A DNA stretch of 42,795 bases from a virus. Its lineage: Duplodnaviria > Heunggongvirae > Uroviricota > Caudoviricetes. The translations under genes and the position numbers were made by a program. The notes below the pieces were generated by a model, which worked only from the letters and a program-made list of their open reading frames with translations, searched no databases and was not told the DNA's origin. The DNA is taken from the IMG/VR virus record IMGVR_UViG_2526164634_000009; one strand, written 5' to 3'. Numbering within the stretch: position 1 is the first letter of the stretch; each line of letters starts with the position of its first letter. This document shows positions 20,176 to 28,742 of the stretch, in pieces.

Positions 20176-21658
20176 GGGTCAGCATGTCGATAAGTTCTGC
20201 ATCATCCATCTGCGGATATAATGAAGCGGCTTTGTTCATGGCGGCTTCCGGGCCATCTTTCAGCACAGAAAAAATGACGGGTTTCAGCAGGGGATCAACC
20301 GAACGCTGCCAGTCTTCCGGTGAAACGCCCATCCGGTCGACATCATCCTCCTGCGGGATATCATCAGCGGATAATGCGGCTTCTTTCTGCGGACCGTTAT
20401 CCGGGACAACCGGTTGAGCAGTAAACACGGCTTCGTCACCGACCGGCTGTGGAATATGGAGTTTTTCCTGTATCCAGGAGACCGGAATACGCATTCCCGC
20501 CGCCAGTTTCGGAATGGCGTCAGACAGTGCCGTAATATCACCCGCTTCACTGGTATCAAACACAATGCCCGGCAGGCGGTTAATATCAATGGTGCTGTCA
20601 CTGTTCAGTGCCAGCAGGGGATAAATCAGATCACGGTTAATACTGCGGGCAAGCTGGCCCACATCCGCGTTACGGATTTCCCGGCGAACCTCATCATGCA
20701 CTTCACCCAGCGACCGTGCGCCTTTATCGCCAGCCTCTGTGGTCAGGGTGCCGCCCAGAATGGCTTTTGAAATCGCTTTTTCTGCCCAGCCAATCATCGC
20801 CATAAAGGGGTCTGACTGACCATCTGCGGCGCTCTGAAAATCCAGCGTCATCCCCATCGGAATAATGCCACCGGCACGTCGCCCGATATCCATCACGGCC
20901 TGCATCAGCGTGGCTTTCTCGCGGTTCGTGGAGCCGGTCGGATATTTACCGACGCGCATGGGGAGTCCGTAAATTTCCAGAAACTCTGCAAAATCACGCA
21001 CGGAATAGTTTTTAAAAATAAAAGGCCAGATAAGCGTGCGCACAAGGCCATTGGTGCCGACATACCCGGTGCGGGATTTGGCCCGGTGCATAAACCAGCC
21101 GAACGGTTGCAGCTCCAGCCCGTGATAAGACGCATCACGCAGGTGTAATTCGTTCAGATTGTCGGGGTTCGCGCAGAACAGCGCCGGATCGCGATGATGC
21201 AGCGCCACCGGCACGCGCATTTTCCCCAGCCAGCCCCATTCAATCTCCTGCATGGAATAGCCCTTGAGAATGGCATCACCGGCATCAAACAGGGCATCTT
21301 CAAACCACGCCGCATCATGCAGATATTCATTCAGCATGTCAGCGTCTTTTTTCTCCTGTGCGCTGGCATCACGTGCCGGAGCGATGCGCCATTCCAGCGC
21401 CTGAATGGCAAGGCGGCGTTTGCTCAGTTCGGAAAAAAGGTGGGTGTCCTTTTCTTCCATATCAAAGGCCAGGTCAGCCTGTGCTGTCAGATCACCGCGT
21501 TCGGCATCATGCAGCATCTGCGCGGCCCGGTTCGGCGTCACACCACTGGAAGGATGCTCCTGCGTACGCTTCATGACCATTGCCAGCTCATCGCTGCGGG
21601 TCTGCATTTCATCGTCAAAATCAAACGGCTGCCCGGAAATATCCAGAATACGGCCCAT
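20120..21658 (-). CDS. H: Portal protein (Mu gp29/H-like)
   Basis: 512 aa, directly after terminase large subunit. Confidence 0.8.
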   Translation of the reverse strand: MGRILDISGQPFDFDDEMQTRSDELAMVMKRTQEHPSSGVTPNRAAQMLHDAERGDLTAQADLAFDMEEKDTHLFSELSKRRLAIQALEWRIAPARDASAQEKKDADMLNEYLHDAAWFEDALFDAGDAILKGYSMQEIEWGWLGKMRVPVALHHRDPALFCANPDNLNELHLRDASYHGLELQPFGWFMHRAKSRTGYVGTNGLVRTLIWPFIFKNYSVRDFAEFLEIYGLPMRVGKYPTGSTNREKATLMQAVMDIGRRAGGIIPMGMTLDFQSAADGQSDPFMAMIGWAEKAISKAILGGTLTTEAGDKGARSLGEVHDEVRREIRNADVGQLARSINRDLIYPLLALNSDSTIDINRLPGIVFDTSEAGDITALSDAIPKLAAGMRIPVSWIQEKLHIPQPVGDEAVFTAQPVVPDNGPQKEAALSADDIPQEDDVDRMGVSPEDWQRSVDPLLKPVIFSVLKDGPEAAMNKAASLYPQMDDAELIDMLTRAIFVADIWGRLDAAADH

Positions 21659-23313
21659 TACCAGCCCCCTCGTTCAAACTGGTGATAATCATCAAAATCA
21701 TCGTTATCAACACCATCACCACGGTGGCGTGGTGGCAGCGCCTGTATGCTGTCCTCGTCGATAACAAAACCATTCATATAAGACGCCCTGACAGCCATAC
21801 AGAGCGCCACGGCAAAGTCGCCATGTCGTCGGCCTTTACCGCCTTCGTCTTTTGTGCGCCCCTTATCAATCTGCGGAATACCTTTGTCCACCTTGATGTG
21901 GAGCAGGTCATCAAGTGTGGTCTGGTGCCGGGCAATCGTGATGTTCTGCGCTTCAAACTCGCCTTTCAGTTTCGGCATCCACTCCTGATACCAGGATGCG
22001 GTCAGATTCACACAGTCGATCATCTCCGGGCCATAAATCAGACGGGCGGCTTCTGCCAGATAACCGCCGTTACCGGTGGCATCAAATGCAGCGCCGGTAA
22101 AACGGGGCAAACGGGACAGAATGAATAAAAGGATTTGTCGCTGCTGGTCATAGGTCACATTACGCAGCTCCACGCGGAAACATTCGCGTTTGCGTAAGTC
22201 AGGAGTGATGGCAAGCGGCACAAACACCGTCAGGTCGCCACGGCGTGCAAAGTCTTCGCCCAGTACGTGTTTATTGAGCGGCGACAGCGCATCGAGCAAC
22301 GGGAGCAGCTCCTGTTCACACCAGTCCTGAACGATGCCGTGGCGCATTTGTGGTGTCAGCGATTCAAAATCGTCCGGGGCTTCAAAACGCAGAATCGGGA
22401 TATCCCGCACTGGCGTCATGGCGGCTTCAATCAGCACGCGTGACAGATAAGCGCCCCCGGATTTTTTGGGAATGCAGCCGTATTCCTCGTCGGCACTCTC
22501 TTTATTCGGCGCATTCCGGTACAGGCCATCACGCCAGGCTTTTTCCGCTTCCGGCGACCACGGCTGATTCGTGACGTAACAGATACGTCGGTACAACCCG
22601 TCAGCGATGGCATCATCCAGCGTGATGCGGTGAACGCTGTAATCCTTGCGCCCCTCGCGCGCATCCTGAATGTACTGGTTAAACAGGTTATCGACGCCGT
22701 TATGTGTCGATATGATCCGCACGCGGGCACCCCACATGGTGAGAGCAAAAGCCGCTTTCAGGAGTTCGTCCAGGGCTTCATGAAATGCCGCCTCATCAAT
22801 CACCACGTCTCCCTGCAAACCACGCAGGTTAGACGGACGGCTTGACAGCGCCTGCACCTTAAATCCGCTGTTAGGGAAACGGATCATATAAGTGAGGATT
22901 TCTTCTTTTTTGTCGCTGTCCCAGAAGGTCTGCTCCCATACGTCAGCCTTTGCCAGTTGGTTAAAGGCGCGGGCAAACAGGGCACAGGCGGCAATGTATT
23001 CCAGCGCCATTTCCTGACGGGAACCCACATAAAAAACGTTGCGACCGCCACGGCGACGCGGCTTTGCTGCCGTCATGACATTGCGGCCCGCTTCGGCCCA
23101 TGTCAGACCGGTACGACGGGATTTTTCAGCAATACAAATCTGGCTTTCATCCTCAAACCAGCGGCGCTGATAACCCAGAAAAACCGGTTCATTGCGGGGC
23201 TGTGCTTCCCCGATATCGGTAACGATATTCACGCCCAGCAGTTCGGCTTCCTTACGCAGGTCGATTTTTCGGGGGGCATGAAGGGCTTTAAGATTGTTTT
23301 CTCTGGTGTTCAT
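21658..23313 (-). CDS. Terminase large subunit (Mu gp28-like)
   Basis: Start chosen at internal ATG 23313 (MNTRENNLK...), which follows the terS stop by 8 nt; the 615-aa first-ATG version would overlap terS by 185 nt. Confidence 0.8.
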   Translation of the reverse strand: MNTRENNLKALHAPRKIDLRKEAELLGVNIVTDIGEAQPRNEPVFLGYQRRWFEDESQICIAEKSRRTGLTWAEAGRNVMTAAKPRRRGGRNVFYVGSRQEMALEYIAACALFARAFNQLAKADVWEQTFWDSDKKEEILTYMIRFPNSGFKVQALSSRPSNLRGLQGDVVIDEAAFHEALDELLKAAFALTMWGARVRIISTHNGVDNLFNQYIQDAREGRKDYSVHRITLDDAIADGLYRRICYVTNQPWSPEAEKAWRDGLYRNAPNKESADEEYGCIPKKSGGAYLSRVLIEAAMTPVRDIPILRFEAPDDFESLTPQMRHGIVQDWCEQELLPLLDALSPLNKHVLGEDFARRGDLTVFVPLAITPDLRKRECFRVELRNVTYDQQRQILLFILSRLPRFTGAAFDATGNGGYLAEAARLIYGPEMIDCVNLTASWYQEWMPKLKGEFEAQNITIARHQTTLDDLLHIKVDKGIPQIDKGRTKDEGGKGRRHGDFAVALCMAVRASYMNGFVIDEDSIQALPPRHRGDGVDNDDFDDYHQFERGGW

Positions 23314-23320
23314 AACCCTC

Positions 23321-23911
23321 TCATGCCTTACCCAGCAGCACATCACGGATACGCTGCTCCAGCTCTTCGCTGATGCCATCCTGCCCGCGCAGTTCTTCAC
23401 TGACGGCGTTTGCCGCTTCTTCTGCGAATGCCTGGCGGATTTCTTTCTCGCGCCGGTGGCTGGACATTGCCGTGGATTCCAGACGCTGTGCCGCCAGCAT
23501 GGCATTTTTCAGCAGGTCAATATCCACGTCAGATTCCGGGTTTTCGATTTGCCGCATCATGGCCTTAAAAAGCTGGCTGCGGGCCATTTCCAGAATCAGC
23601 TTTGTGGTTTCTCCCATTGGCTTGTCGCCAAGTTCTGCGGTCAGTGCTGACGTCATTTCACGCATCTGTCGCAGGTTATGGCCTACCTGCTCGACGTTCG
23701 TCGCGTAACGGTTCAGACCGGAACGGGAGAGTTTCATCTCATCCGGCAGGCCAGCGTCTTCAATCAGTGCGTTAATTTCTTCCAGAATGCGGGCCTGTGG
23801 GATCGCTTTATCACGCAGCATTTCATGCAGCGTTTTACGTACGTTTTCCGGCAGTAAATCCACTTTTGAAGCCCGGCCCCGTGTTTTCCTGTCCATCACG
23901 CCTCCTGTCAT
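23321..23911 (-). CDS. Terminase small subunit-like protein (Mu gp27-like)
   Basis: 196-aa ORF immediately upstream of terminase large subunit. Confidence 0.6.
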   Translation of the reverse strand: MTGGVMDRKTRGRASKVDLLPENVRKTLHEMLRDKAIPQARILEEINALIEDAGLPDEMKLSRSGLNRYATNVEQVGHNLRQMREMTSALTAELGDKPMGETTKLILEMARSQLFKAMMRQIENPESDVDIDLLKNAMLAAQRLESTAMSSHRREKEIRQAFAEEAANAVSEELRGQDGISEELEQRIRDVLLGKA

Positions 23912-24198
23912 GCACGGGGACGAGGACGCTTGACACCGGCAACGCGGGCACGACCTTCCGCCACATCCTGACCTCGGGAGGTCAGCGTTACGACATAAAA
24001 GCCGCGCAGGTTTTCCACGGTGACCAGTTGCTGCTCTGCCAGCCAGTCAATCTGGCCGCGAACCACATCGCGGGAAACGTTGTGTCCGTATGCATCCAGA
24101 CAGTCCTGAAGGATGGATTCGTTTGCTTCGTTATTGCAGTCCATCAGGGAACGCAGGATGACCAGACGACGGTCTTCGGTCAGAATATCGTTAATCAT
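23908..24198 (-). CDS. Hypothetical protein (Mu gp26 position)
   Basis: 96-aa ORF, 4-nt overlaps with neighbours. Confidence 0.45.
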   Translation of the reverse strand: MINDILTEDRRLVILRSLMDCNNEANESILQDCLDAYGHNVSRDVVRGQIDWLAEQQLVTVENLRGFYVVTLTSRGQDVAEGRARVAGVKRPRPRA

Positions 24199-24512
24199 GA
24201 ATTACTCCGGTTTACTGCGTTTTCAAGCAGCAGCTCCAGTTGATGGGAAAATGACTGCACCCGCTGGGACAGCACCCGGATATCGCCGGACAGCTCTGCA
24301 ATTCGCAGGCGCATTTCGTGTACATCTTCTGTGCCAGGGATGCTGGCGTAGCGGGTTTCCATTTCGGTCATCCGGTTTTCAAGACGCTCCACACGCTCAG
24401 TGCTGGCAAAACTACGACGCATTGCCCAGACGGCCCCACCGGCCACAACAGGCAACAGGTAAGGCCATAACGCTAAAACTGAAATCAAATCCATTATTCT
24501 GCTCCACGGCAC
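24195..24512 (-). CDS. Membrane protein with N-terminal TM helix and coiled coil (Mu gp25-like, possible lysis regulator)
   Basis: 105 aa; hydrophobic segment ISVLALWPYLLPVVAGGAVWA then heptad-rich region. Confidence 0.5.
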   Translation of the reverse strand: MPWSRIMDLISVLALWPYLLPVVAGGAVWAMRRSFASTERVERLENRMTEMETRYASIPGTEDVHEMRLRIAELSGDIRVLSQRVQSFSHQLELLLENAVNRSNS

Positions 24513-24688
24513 CAGTGGCAGTAGTTCGCCATCGGCTGCTGTCTCAGCACATCAGGCCGCAGCTCACGACCGCAACCGGGACACAATACAGGCGGGTCAT
24601 ACGCCGCCGGGCGGGGAATATCACGGGTATCCCCCTGCCAGAGTTCAGCGAGCAGCAGCGCCACCGCCCGGTTCTGGTCTTCGTTCAT
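24494..24688 (-). CDS. Small zinc-ribbon protein (CPGCG...CHWC)
   Basis: 64-aa ORF with two Cys pairs. Confidence 0.4.
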   Translation of the reverse strand: MNEDQNRAVALLLAELWQGDTRDIPRPAAYDPPVLCPGCGRELRPDVLRQQPMANYCHWCRGAE

Positions 24689-24986
24689 AAATTTCTTTCC
24701 TTCGGGTCTCCTGTTCCCGGACTGATGCCTTGTCGCGGTTGCACTGCCCGAGCGCCATCAACAGGTCAGCATTCCAGAGAAGGGATGCTCCCCACGTCAG
24801 GGGCTGTGGCATGGGCGGAACGGGCGTTGCTTCCGTCAGTTCTGCATCAGTTTCGGGCAGGATCACCACCGATGGCACGGGTGCGTTTTTCGAGTTCCCG
24901 CAACCTGTCAGCAGCAACGGCAGGCACAGGACGAGTGCTGCAATTGTCACCGGTAATGGCGGTTGTAATTTTTTGTTTTGCATCAT
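24645..24986 (-). CDS. Outer-membrane spanin (o-spanin) lipoprotein, start inside i-spanin gene in another frame
   Basis: Internal start MMQNKK..., signal peptide with lipobox LLTGC, Pro-rich mature region. Confidence 0.6.
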   Translation of the reverse strand: MMQNKKLQPPLPVTIAALVLCLPLLLTGCGNSKNAPVPSVVILPETDAELTEATPVPPMPQPLTWGASLLWNADLLMALGQCNRDKASVREQETRRKEIYERRPEPGGGAAAR

Positions 24987-25233
24987 GATGTTCTGTCTCG
25001 TCTGCCAGCCGCGCGGCACGATTTGCGGCACGGATAGCGGAAAATACCTGCATCGTCTGTTCCTGACCGTGTAACAACCATTCAGCCGTGTTGCGGGCCT
25101 GTTGCTCCGTCTGTAATTCACGGCGCAGCGTCTGGTTATCGTGGCGGGTGCTGTCCAGCCTGTGCCACAACACCCCGGACAAAACGGCGGCAAACACGGC
25201 TGCCAGCAGTAAACTTTTACTGGCGAAGGTCAT
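24847..25233 (-). CDS. Inner-membrane spanin (i-spanin, Rz-like)
   Basis: 128 aa, N-terminal TM helix then charged coiled-coil periplasmic domain; immediately after endolysin. Confidence 0.6.
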   Translation of the reverse strand: MTFASKSLLLAAVFAAVLSGVLWHRLDSTRHDNQTLRRELQTEQQARNTAEWLLHGQEQTMQVFSAIRAANRAARLADETEHHDAKQKITTAITGDNCSTRPVPAVAADRLRELEKRTRAIGGDPARN

Positions 25234-25735
25234 CCGCCCCCCTGATATTCCAGATAGCCATTTCCACTTCGCGACGGTTCATCAGTCCTTTCCATTTATG
25301 GCCTGCGGCAAACACCCAGCGGGCCATCTGGTCACGCGCTCCGGCGTAATCACCGGCATTGAGTTTTTTCAGCAGCGTTGATTTACTGAATGCGGTAACA
25401 CCGGTGTTGAAAATAAACGTTGCCAGCGCCGTTTTCTGATATGGCGTCAGCGGCACCCTGACAAGACGATCGATTGCCGCATAAACCGGTTTTAAATCAC
25501 TGTCGAGGAGAGCCATACACTCCGCATGGCTGTAACGGCGCATTTCGATATCCGGCCCGGTATGCCCCACACAGACCGAAAGCACACCGCCAATATCGCG
25601 GTAAGGCATATAAGCGATATTTTCCAGGTGGATCAGAGACTGACGGGTCATTTCCTGATAACCACCCACACCGCCACCGGCAATCGTTACAGCCAGCAGT
25701 GTGGCTTTCAGTTTTTTTGGTATCCCCGCCATCAT
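25217..25735 (-). CDS. lys: SAR endolysin (phage lysozyme family; Mu lys-like)
   Basis: 172 aa, N-terminal weakly hydrophobic Gly/Ala-rich signal-anchor-release segment, downstream of C. Confidence 0.8.
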   Translation of the reverse strand: MMAGIPKKLKATLLAVTIAGGGVGGYQEMTRQSLIHLENIAYMPYRDIGGVLSVCVGHTGPDIEMRRYSHAECMALLDSDLKPVYAAIDRLVRVPLTPYQKTALATFIFNTGVTAFSKSTLLKKLNAGDYAGARDQMARWVFAAGHKWKGLMNRREVEMAIWNIRGADDLRQ

Positions 25736-25782
25736 GCTTCCCTGAAAAAATGCTCTGATGGCAGTCTAAAAAATCAGGTGGC

Positions 25783-25792
25783 AGGTGCGGGA
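25783..25792 (-). promoter_or_regulatory. Candidate late-promoter element TCCCGCACCT upstream of lys (Plys region)
   Basis: Same 10-mer as upstream of gene I. Confidence 0.4.
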
Positions 25793-25807
25793 TTATGGTG
25801 ACAGGAA

Positions 25808-25830
25808 ATAACCGGCAGGATGCCGGTTAT
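25808..25830. terminator. Perfect 10-bp palindrome ATAACCGGCA-GGA-TGCCGGTTAT overlapping the end of gene C
   Basis: Stem-loop with T-run on plus strand; role (middle-transcript terminator vs regulatory dyad) not resolvable. Confidence 0.35.
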
Positions 25831-26249
25831 TTTGGGCTTTCAGGTGAGAACAGATCAGGCTGATGACGTCGTGTATGCAGCTTTCTCTGGCGGGCAATAA
25901 TCTGGTAGATCTGCGGCTGGGACAGGCGGTACTGGCGACGCAGTTCTTCCATGTTACGACCATTAAACTGGCAGTAAAGCAAATCGTCGCGTAACGCGGT
26001 CAGGATCGTATCGCCGCAGGGGATGTAAAACTGCCGTCCACCCAGAAAACAGGACAGGGCAACGGCCTGTTTACGGGCAAGTTCACGGGGATTGCTGACG
26101 TTCTGGCGTTTCAGTTCGTTTTCCAGAACATCAATCAGATCAACCACCGAACGGGGCCAGCGTGATTCCAGTTCCGGGGCCGGGATGTTATCAATATGTC
26201 CGATTAACTGGCGAATTGCCGGATCGTGTTCAAATAAATCATGCTGCAT
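25827..26249 (-). CDS. C: Late transcription activator C (Mor/C family)
   Basis: 140 aa; close paralogue of the Mor-like ORF at 27228-27617 with shared C-terminal HTH region. Confidence 0.85.
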   Translation of the reverse strand: MQHDLFEHDPAIRQLIGHIDNIPAPELESRWPRSVVDLIDVLENELKRQNVSNPRELARKQAVALSCFLGGRQFYIPCGDTILTALRDDLLYCQFNGRNMEELRRQYRLSQPQIYQIIARQRKLHTRRHQPDLFSPESPK

Positions 26250-26261
26250 ATTTTCCCCCGG

Positions 26262-26381
26262 TTAACAGACAAAAAGATACACCACGGCACTGATGGTTAT
26301 CAGAACCACAAGGGCAATCACTTTTATCGCATTAATCAGCGTGGACGGCCCGAAACATTCATCACTGAATTTTCTGTACAC
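26262..26381 (-). CDS. Candidate small hydrophobic peptide (GTG start, about 39 aa)
   Basis: Open frame with AAGGA upstream, ending in hydrophobic stretch LINAIKVIALVVLITISAVVYLFVC; below ORF-track size cut-off. Confidence 0.25.
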   Translation of the reverse strand: MYRKFSDECFGPSTLINAIKVIALVVLITISAVVYLFVC

Positions 26382-26592
26382 AATATTTTTCCTTATAACG
26401 TTGACAGTGGTGAAGAATTTCCGGCATATCAACTGACTGCCAGCCTTTCATGTAATAACTGCCGTGGGTGCCATCGTGCCCTGTGTAATCCATTGGCTTT
26501 GGTGGTGGGCCTCCGGCCTCCCGATGTAATACCTCCTGTCGTAAACGTTCACGCCTGCCGAACTGAAAGGACGCATCCCACCCTTTACCCAT
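26362..26592 (-). CDS. Hypothetical 76-aa protein translationally coupled to GH108 gene
   Basis: ATG at 26592 overlaps GH108 stop (ATGGGTAA arrangement). Confidence 0.3.
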   Translation of the reverse strand: MGKGWDASFQFGRRERLRQEVLHREAGGPPPKPMDYTGHDGTHGSYYMKGWQSVDMPEILHHCQRYKEKYCVQKIQ

Positions 26593-27145
26593 GCAGAACC
26601 TCCCGACAGGCGCTGGCGAGCAGATCCAGACGGTTAAACCAGCCATTCAGATATTTCCCCTGCGAGGCACTGGATTTGATAATCCCTGCGTAATAGCGGG
26701 AACGACGCAGGAAGCACTGCAACAGCAGCCAGTCAGTATCGGCACGCAGAACGGCTGCGCGTGTGTTTTTACCGACGATGCCATCATCATCAACACCTGC
26801 TGCCGCCTGGAGGATCTGAATCGCGCGTTTAACACCGTGCTGAACGGCAGCATCAAAAACGAATAAGGAAACGCCATCAGGCCATTCGTTACACTTTGCC
26901 GCCAGCCAGTAATCACGCCAGTAGATCTGCGCCGCCTGCTCGCGGGTTAAATCCTTAATGCGGGTATCAGGTTTTCCGTCACCGTTAACATCGGTTTTGC
27001 CATCAATAACGCCGTCGCGACGGTCAGAAATACCGTATTTCGTTTCGCCGCCACGGTCGGCAGGATCATTAACATAGCCACCTTCAACATCAGGGCGTAT
27101 AACGAAATTCAGCGAATGAAGGAATGCAGGGGAAAACTCAGGCAT
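26585..27145 (-). CDS. Glycoside hydrolase family 108-like muramidase with C-terminal peptidoglycan-binding domain
   Basis: N-terminal EGGYVNDPADRGGETKYGI motif characteristic of GH108; strong RBS AGGAGGG; first gene after terminator that follows mor. Confidence 0.65.
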   Translation of the reverse strand: MPEFSPAFLHSLNFVIRPDVEGGYVNDPADRGGETKYGISDRRDGVIDGKTDVNGDGKPDTRIKDLTREQAAQIYWRDYWLAAKCNEWPDGVSLFVFDAAVQHGVKRAIQILQAAAGVDDDGIVGKNTRAAVLRADTDWLLLQCFLRRSRYYAGIIKSSASQGKYLNGWFNRLDLLASACREVLHG

Positions 27146-27204
27146 GTTGCCCTCCTGTCATGAACGTTTTATCGTCACAACAGAATATTGAGGGCGTAAA
27201 AAAA

Positions 27205-27221
27205 GCCGGATTAACCGGCTT
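27205..27221 (-). terminator. Rho-independent terminator after mor (AGCCGG-ATTAA-CCGGCT followed by T7 on the minus strand)
   Basis: 6-bp GC stem plus seven T immediately after the stem on the transcribed strand. Confidence 0.6.
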
Positions 27222-27227
27222 TACTGT

Positions 27228-27617
27228 TTAAAACAAAGGGGGGGAACACTGACGATACTTTATACGCCGCATTCGTCGGATGGCTTTATAGACTGTGTTA
27301 AATGTCACACCATGACGGATTGCCAGTTCGTGAACATTGCGACCGTTGAAATCATTCCAGATACGCAAATCCCGAATAAGCGAATCCAGAACCTGACCGC
27401 GTGGAATGTAGACCTGACCGCCGCCCAGATGCTTACAGATAGCCACAACAATCTCCAGTGAATGGGCCGGGTCAACACCTAACCGGGACAATTCCCCGCG
27501 CAGTAAATCGTTCAGCTCCGCCAGCAGTGCCGGAAAGCGTGACGTATCCTCTGCGGGATTGTCAAGATGTGCCAGGATGGTGTCATCCTGCAAATCACCA
27601 AATAAATCTTCCGTCAT
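27228..27617 (-). CDS. mor: Middle operon regulator Mor
   Basis: 129 aa, same family as C, position after GemA. Confidence 0.85.
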   Translation of the reverse strand: MTEDLFGDLQDDTILAHLDNPAEDTSRFPALLAELNDLLRGELSRLGVDPAHSLEIVVAICKHLGGGQVYIPRGQVLDSLIRDLRIWNDFNGRNVHELAIRHGVTFNTVYKAIRRMRRIKYRQCSPPLF

Positions 27618-28165
27618 TGTGCCATCCTCCGTGTCTTTCTGGCACGGGCATAAGCCGCCGTCATGGCATCATAGCCGCGCAGTTCACGCCCGGACGGACT
27701 GACTGGCAACGGAAGCCCGTGACGGGAAAAGGCTTCACGAATACAGCGGATATGCCACTGCTTGAGAGTTTCGAGAACAATCAACAGGGTGTCGCCATGA
27801 CACCACGCCAGCGTGGAAACACCCTGTCCGCCATTACGTTTCGCCGTCAGGCGCTGAACATATTTATCCAGCGCCACATCACCGCCATCGGTAATAAAAC
27901 CGTCTTCTGCCATCTGCTGCCAGACTTTGTATACCTTCTCGCGGGGCGTGACATGCCCCTTAAAGCGGCGACGTGGATGTTTATTCAGCTTCTTAAAGCC
28001 GCGTTCTTTCATGGCATCGAGCACCTGTTCCAGTTGCGTAACCGTCAGCTCGCGGCAACTGATTTTGCCCGTTTTCTGCATCAGAAAAGCGCGGTAAGTG
28101 TCGTCGTCGAGTTGTAGCTCCCGACGGGCGACATGGATTAATTTAATCAGGGATGTGCGATTCAT
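27614..28165 (-). CDS. gemA: GemA-like regulatory protein
   Basis: 183 aa, GGAGG RBS, precedes mor with 4-nt overlap. Confidence 0.75.
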   Translation of the reverse strand: MNRTSLIKLIHVARRELQLDDDTYRAFLMQKTGKISCRELTVTQLEQVLDAMKERGFKKLNKHPRRRFKGHVTPREKVYKVWQQMAEDGFITDGGDVALDKYVQRLTAKRNGGQGVSTLAWCHGDTLLIVLETLKQWHIRCIREAFSRHGLPLPVSPSGRELRGYDAMTAAYARARKTRRMAQ

Positions 28166-28183
28166 GATCGTACCTCCGGAAAG

Positions 28184-28205
28184 AGGCGGTGCTGCAACAC
28201 CGCCT
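28184..28205. other. Perfect hairpin AGGCGGTG-CTGCAA-CACCGCCT just upstream of gemA RBS
   Basis: 8-bp stem, 6-nt loop. Confidence 0.4.
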
Positions 28206-28234
28206 GAATTTACACATCAATCAGAGAGGATTTT

Positions 28235-28501
28235 ATGGAAAATAATGTACAACCTTATGATGTTGCAGGTTATGCGATTGCATCAGCACTGGTGCGCCTT
28301 CTGGTGAAGAAGGCGATCATCACCGCAGAAGAGGGCCAGGCCATTTTCAGCTCTTCAGCAGAGATTTTAAAAGATGCGCCTGCAATAAGAACAAGCCGCC
28401 GCGAAAACATGCAACTGTCAAAGATCATGGAAGACATTATCAGTTCGTTAGACCCAGATGCTGACGGATCTCAAAAGCCTCAAACACATGAGCGTCAGTA
28501 A
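28235..28501 (+). CDS. Hypothetical 88-aa protein encoded antisense to the early operon
   Basis: ATG preceded by AGAGGA; lies in a 274-bp stretch with no minus-strand ORF of 60 aa or more. Confidence 0.4.
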   Translation: MENNVQPYDVAGYAIASALVRLLVKKAIITAEEGQAIFSSSAEILKDAPAIRTSRRENMQLSKIMEDIISSLDPDADGSQKPQTHERQ

Positions 28502-28742
28502 CAATATCCTGGTCTGATAACCCCAGCCTGCGGCGGATGTACTCCTCGCGGGCTGTTTCATTTTGCAGTGCCACTACTGTTTCCAGACGATTCATTTCGC
28601 GGTTGATAATGTCACGGACTTCTCTGGCGGTGAGATTATGCTTAATACCATATTCAACGATAGCGCGAACACGTTCCAGCATCCCTTTTTCAGCCATGAC
28701 GTTATCAATATTAAGGGGAGTAAATTTATCTTCATTGTTCAT
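28440..28742 (-). CDS. Hypothetical early protein
   Basis: 100-aa ORF in operon context. Confidence 0.5.
   Translation of the reverse strand: MNNEDKFTPLNIDNVMAEKGMLERVRAIVEYGIKHNLTAREVRDIINREMNRLETVVALQNETAREEYIRRRLGLSDQDIVTDAHVFEAFEIRQHLGLTN

Noticed and set aside
21658-23505. 615-aa first-ATG version of the terminase large subunit
   Set aside because: It would overlap the upstream terS-like gene by 185 nt; an internal ATG at 23313 sits 8 nt after the terS stop and gives a typical size.
24113-24988. Plus-strand 291-aa ORF
   Set aside because: Antisense to the lysis and small-gene cluster; no RBS, low-complexity composition.
26241-26693. Plus-strand 150-aa ORF between C and the GH108 gene
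   Set aside because: Overlaps better-supported minus-strand frames and runs against the operon direction.
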